Shown in pieces: positions 61,215-64,000 of a stretch of 64,000 nt of DNA (positions are counted from its first letter, which is position 1; each line of letters opens with the position of its first letter). The position numbers and the translations under genes were made by a program. The notes under the pieces were generated by a model. That model did no database searches and was not told where the DNA came from. It saw only the letters and a program-made list of their open reading frames with translations. The DNA comes from Candidatus Multivoradales bacterium (lineage in GTDB: Bacteria > Acidobacteriota > Thermoanaerobaculia > Multivoradales > Multivoraceae). The stretch is from assembly GCA_965223325.1 (NCBI GenBank), contig CBDCWI010000002.1, positions 960,001-1,024,000 on the forward strand. Direction: 5' to 3'.

Positions 61215-62255
61215 CTAGAGCATCGCCTCCGCGACCGCCGCAACAGCCTCGGGCTGCTGGCTGCCGATCAACATCGAACCAACGTGCTGCTTGGCGTTGG
61301 CTTCCTTCCACGCCTCGAGCCGTTCGACAATGCGCTCCCTCGGCCCCACCAGGTGCACATCGTCGACGAGCTGATCGGGAACCGCCATGGTGGCTTCGCC
61401 TTGTTTGCCGGAGAGGTAGAGGTCCTGAATCTTCTTCGCTTCACCTTCGTAGCCCAGCTTGACCGCGTAGTCGTTGTAGAAGTTCTTGCTCCGCGCACCC
61501 ATCCCGCCAATGTAGAGCGCCAGACTCGGCTTGAGGCGATTACGGCATTCGTCGACGTCATCGCCCATCACCACACTGACGAACGGCGCGACGTTGAAAT
61601 TGTCGAGCGACTTGCCGCCGCCAGCCTTGGCAAACCCTTCTGAGATCGCATCCTCAAAGACGTCGTAGCGCTCAGGGTTCATCCACACCGGGAAGAAGCC
61701 GTCTGCGAGCTCGGCGGCCAGTCGCACTCCCCCTGGTGTGATCGCAGCGGTATAGATCGGAATGTCCGGCTCGGCCTGCAGAATGCTCTTGAGCGGCTTG
61801 CCGAGCCCGGTTGCCCCTTCACCCTGATAGGGCATCTGGTAGTGGAAACCATCGTGCGTCACCGGTTCTTCGCGCGCCATAATCCGGCGGACGATGTCGA
61901 TGGCCTCGCGCATGCGGGTGAGTGGCCGCGCATAGCTCGCCGCGTGCCAGCCTTCGACGACCTGAGGACCCGACGGGCCCAGGCCCATGATGAAGCGCCC
62001 GCCGGAAAGCTGCGAGAGGGTCATCGCCGTCATCGCCATCATTGCCGGCGAGCGCGCCGGCACCTGCATGATCGCCGTCCCGACCTTGATCTTCTCGGTG
62101 TGGGCCAGCATCCAGGCCGCCGGGGTGACCGCGTCCGAGCCGTAGGCTTCCGCGGTCCAGGCGGAATCGAAACCGAGCGATTCGGCGTGCTGAAGCAACT
62201 TGATGGGCAGTGAAATCTTCTTTCCCGAGTAGCCAAGAAGAACGCCGAGTTTCAT
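61215..62255 (-). CDS. LLM-class F420-dependent oxidoreductase
   Basis: WTAEAYGSDAVTP, GLGPSGPQVVEGWH, TGLGKPLK, LYIGGMGARSKNFYN. Confidence 0.92.
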   Translation of the reverse strand: MKLGVLLGYSGKKISLPIKLLQHAESLGFDSAWTAEAYGSDAVTPAAWMLAHTEKIKVGTAIMQVPARSPAMMAMTAMTLSQLSGGRFIMGLGPSGPQVVEGWHAASYARPLTRMREAIDIVRRIMAREEPVTHDGFHYQMPYQGEGATGLGKPLKSILQAEPDIPIYTAAITPGGVRLAAELADGFFPVWMNPERYDVFEDAISEGFAKAGGGKSLDNFNVAPFVSVVMGDDVDECRNRLKPSLALYIGGMGARSKNFYNDYAVKLGYEGEAKKIQDLYLSGKQGEATMAVPDQLVDDVHLVGPRERIVERLEAWKEANAKQHVGSMLIGSQQPEAVAAVAEAML

Positions 62256-62487
62256 ATCTGAACTCCCCCGAACCAGAGGAACCGGTCACGCGCGCGATGG
62301 GGGCCGGTCACCTGCCGTTCGCTGTGTTGAATCGTGGTGAACTGAAGCGAATCGATGATGGCAGTCTAGCGGGCTCGCCCGATCTTTATCAGGCTCCCCA
62401 GCACCGGAATCGCGCACGCGTACAATCGCCGTCATCCAGGCACACCGAACGCGGCACCCGCACCACGGATAAGGAGAGGAGAAAAGC

Positions 62488-63618
62488 ATGGGTCCCCTAG
62501 ACGGCTACAGAGTTCTCGAGATCGCAGGCATCGGCCCGGGACCCTTCTGCGCCATGATGCTCGCCGACCATGGTGCCGAGGTGCTGCGCGTCGACCGTTT
62601 GAGCGCCGCTGGCCGCGGCGACGCTTCCAACGTACTCAACCGCGGGCGGCGCTCGATCGCCGTCGACCTCAAGCAACCCGAGGGCGTTGAGTTGGTTCTC
62701 GAACTGGTCGAGTCGGCCGACGCGCTGATCGAGGGCTTTCGGCCAGGCGTCATGGAGCGCCTCGGGCTGGGGCCCGACGTTTGCGCCGAACGCAACCCGC
62801 GGCTGGTCTACGGTCGCATGACCGGCTGGGGCCAAGACGGCACGATCGCTCATGCCGCCGGCCACGACCTCAACTACATCGCGCTGTCGGGTTCGCTGCA
62901 CGCGATCGGGCCACAGGGTGGCAAGCCTGTCCCGCCACTCAACCTCGTGGGTGACTTCGGCGGTGGCGGCATGATGCTGGCGTTCGGCGTCGTCTGCGCC
63001 CTGCTCGAAGCCAAGGCCTCCGGCAAGGGCCAGGTCGTCGACGCTGCGATGACGGACGGGTCGGCGGTGTTGACCGCCGCCATATGGGGTCTCGCGGGAA
63101 CTGGTTTCTGGACCGATGAGCGCGGCGCCAACCTGCTAGACGGCGGAGCGCATTTCTACGACACCTACGAGACGCTGGACGGCAAGTGGGTATCGATCGG
63201 CTCGATCGAGCCACAGTTCTACGCCTTGTTGCGCGAGAAAGCCGGTCTCGAGCACGATGATGAGTTCGACCACCAGATGGATCGCAAGCACTGGCCGAGC
63301 CTCAAGGCCAAGCTGGCGGAGGTCATCCGCGGCCGCACGCGCGACGAGTGGTGCGAGCTCATGGAGGGTTCCGACGTCTGTTTTGCACCGGTGCTCAACT
63401 TCGAAGAGGCCGCCAACCACCCGCACAACAAGGCGCGCGAAACCTTCGTCGAGGTCGACGGAATCACCCAGCCCGCACCCGCTCCGCGCTACAGCCGCTC
63501 GACTGTCGCCATCGGCTCACCGCCACCCAGGGCCGGCGAACACACCCAGGAGGCCCTCCGGGATTGGGGACTGAGCGCCAAACGTCTCGAGGCCCTGGCG
63601 GCCGCAAAAGCAATCTAG
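62488..63618 (+). CDS. CaiB/BaiF CoA-transferase, alpha-methylacyl-CoA racemase-like
   Basis: [46 protein letters not shown]. Confidence 0.93.
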   Translation: MGPLDGYRVLEIAGIGPGPFCAMMLADHGAEVLRVDRLSAAGRGDASNVLNRGRRSIAVDLKQPEGVELVLELVESADALIEGFRPGVMERLGLGPDVCAERNPRLVYGRMTGWGQDGTIAHAAGHDLNYIALSGSLHAIGPQGGKPVPPLNLVGDFGGGGMMLAFGVVCALLEAKASGKGQVVDAAMTDGSAVLTAAIWGLAGTGFWTDERGANLLDGGAHFYDTYETLDGKWVSIGSIEPQFYALLREKAGLEHDDEFDHQMDRKHWPSLKAKLAEVIRGRTRDEWCELMEGSDVCFAPVLNFEEAANHPHNKARETFVEVDGITQPAPAPRYSRSTVAIGSPPPRAGEHTQEALRDWGLSAKRLEALAAAKAI

Positions 63619-64000
63619 CGACGCGCCGAGGCGTCGGCATGCGGGCGCGCGAAAACGTCGATGTCGGGACCGATGTGCTGGAAGTTGGAACGCGCGCTGG
63701 TACGACCCGGTAGAGTTCTCGGCCACTGCATGCGGTAGCGCTCGAGCGGCACAAAGCCCAGGTCACCCGCCCGCAACAGGTCACGAAGTGCCTCGCTGCC
63801 GGCCCCCTCTTCGCCGGCGGGCAACGCAATCACGTCGACACCTTCGGTTTCGAGAACCTGCGCGGGATTACGCAACACCCGCCGTTGCCGGAGATGGCGA
63901 AACCTCGGGCACCGCTTCGCGGTTCCAATGCAAACAGCTCTGTCGCTGTCTTCGCCGCGTTCGCCGAGCAGTCGAGCAACCTCGGTCTCGACCGTATGAC
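63615..64000 (-). CDS. 3' end of a hypothetical protein; begins beyond the right edge
   Basis: The frame of ORF 63615..63878 stays open to the window end. Its stop overlaps the CaiB stop. Confidence 0.5.
   Translation of the reverse strand, partial: HTVETEVARLLGERGEDSDRAVCIGTAKRCPRFRHLRQRRVLRNPAQVLETEGVDVIALPAGEEGAGSEALRDLLRAGDLGFVPLERYRMQWPRTLPGRTSARSNFQHIGPDIDVFARPHADASARR

Overview
GC-rich bacterial chromosomal window. It is most likely Acidobacteriota, class Thermoanaerobaculia; this is inferred from the ADOP-type permease, the STK-linked ECF sigma factor, and two C-terminal domain motifs typical of that lineage. The left and middle part (about 8.4-37.6 kb) is accessory. It holds a Fic gene, integron-type attC sites with a toxin-antitoxin cassette but no integrase, nested IS256/IS3 remnants, an IS110 remnant, a FecA-like TonB receptor with a visible promoter and operator pair, two Ser/Thr kinases, and c-type cytochromes. 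It also holds three copies (two full, one half) of a 166-bp CTAG-bounded element that folds end to end into a rod-like hairpin; two copies bracket an uncharacterised 1134-aa secreted heme-motif protein. The right part holds hydrolases, a heme/copper-monooxygenase-like protein, a contiguous F420 biosynthesis cluster (npdG-cofE-cofD-cofC-fbiC) with a structured leader before cofC, two LLM oxidoreductases, a halogenase-like flavoprotein and a CaiB/BaiF enzyme. I saw no rRNA, tRNA or CRISPR array. All calls come from motif recognition by eye; no searches were run, and several start codons are best estimates.
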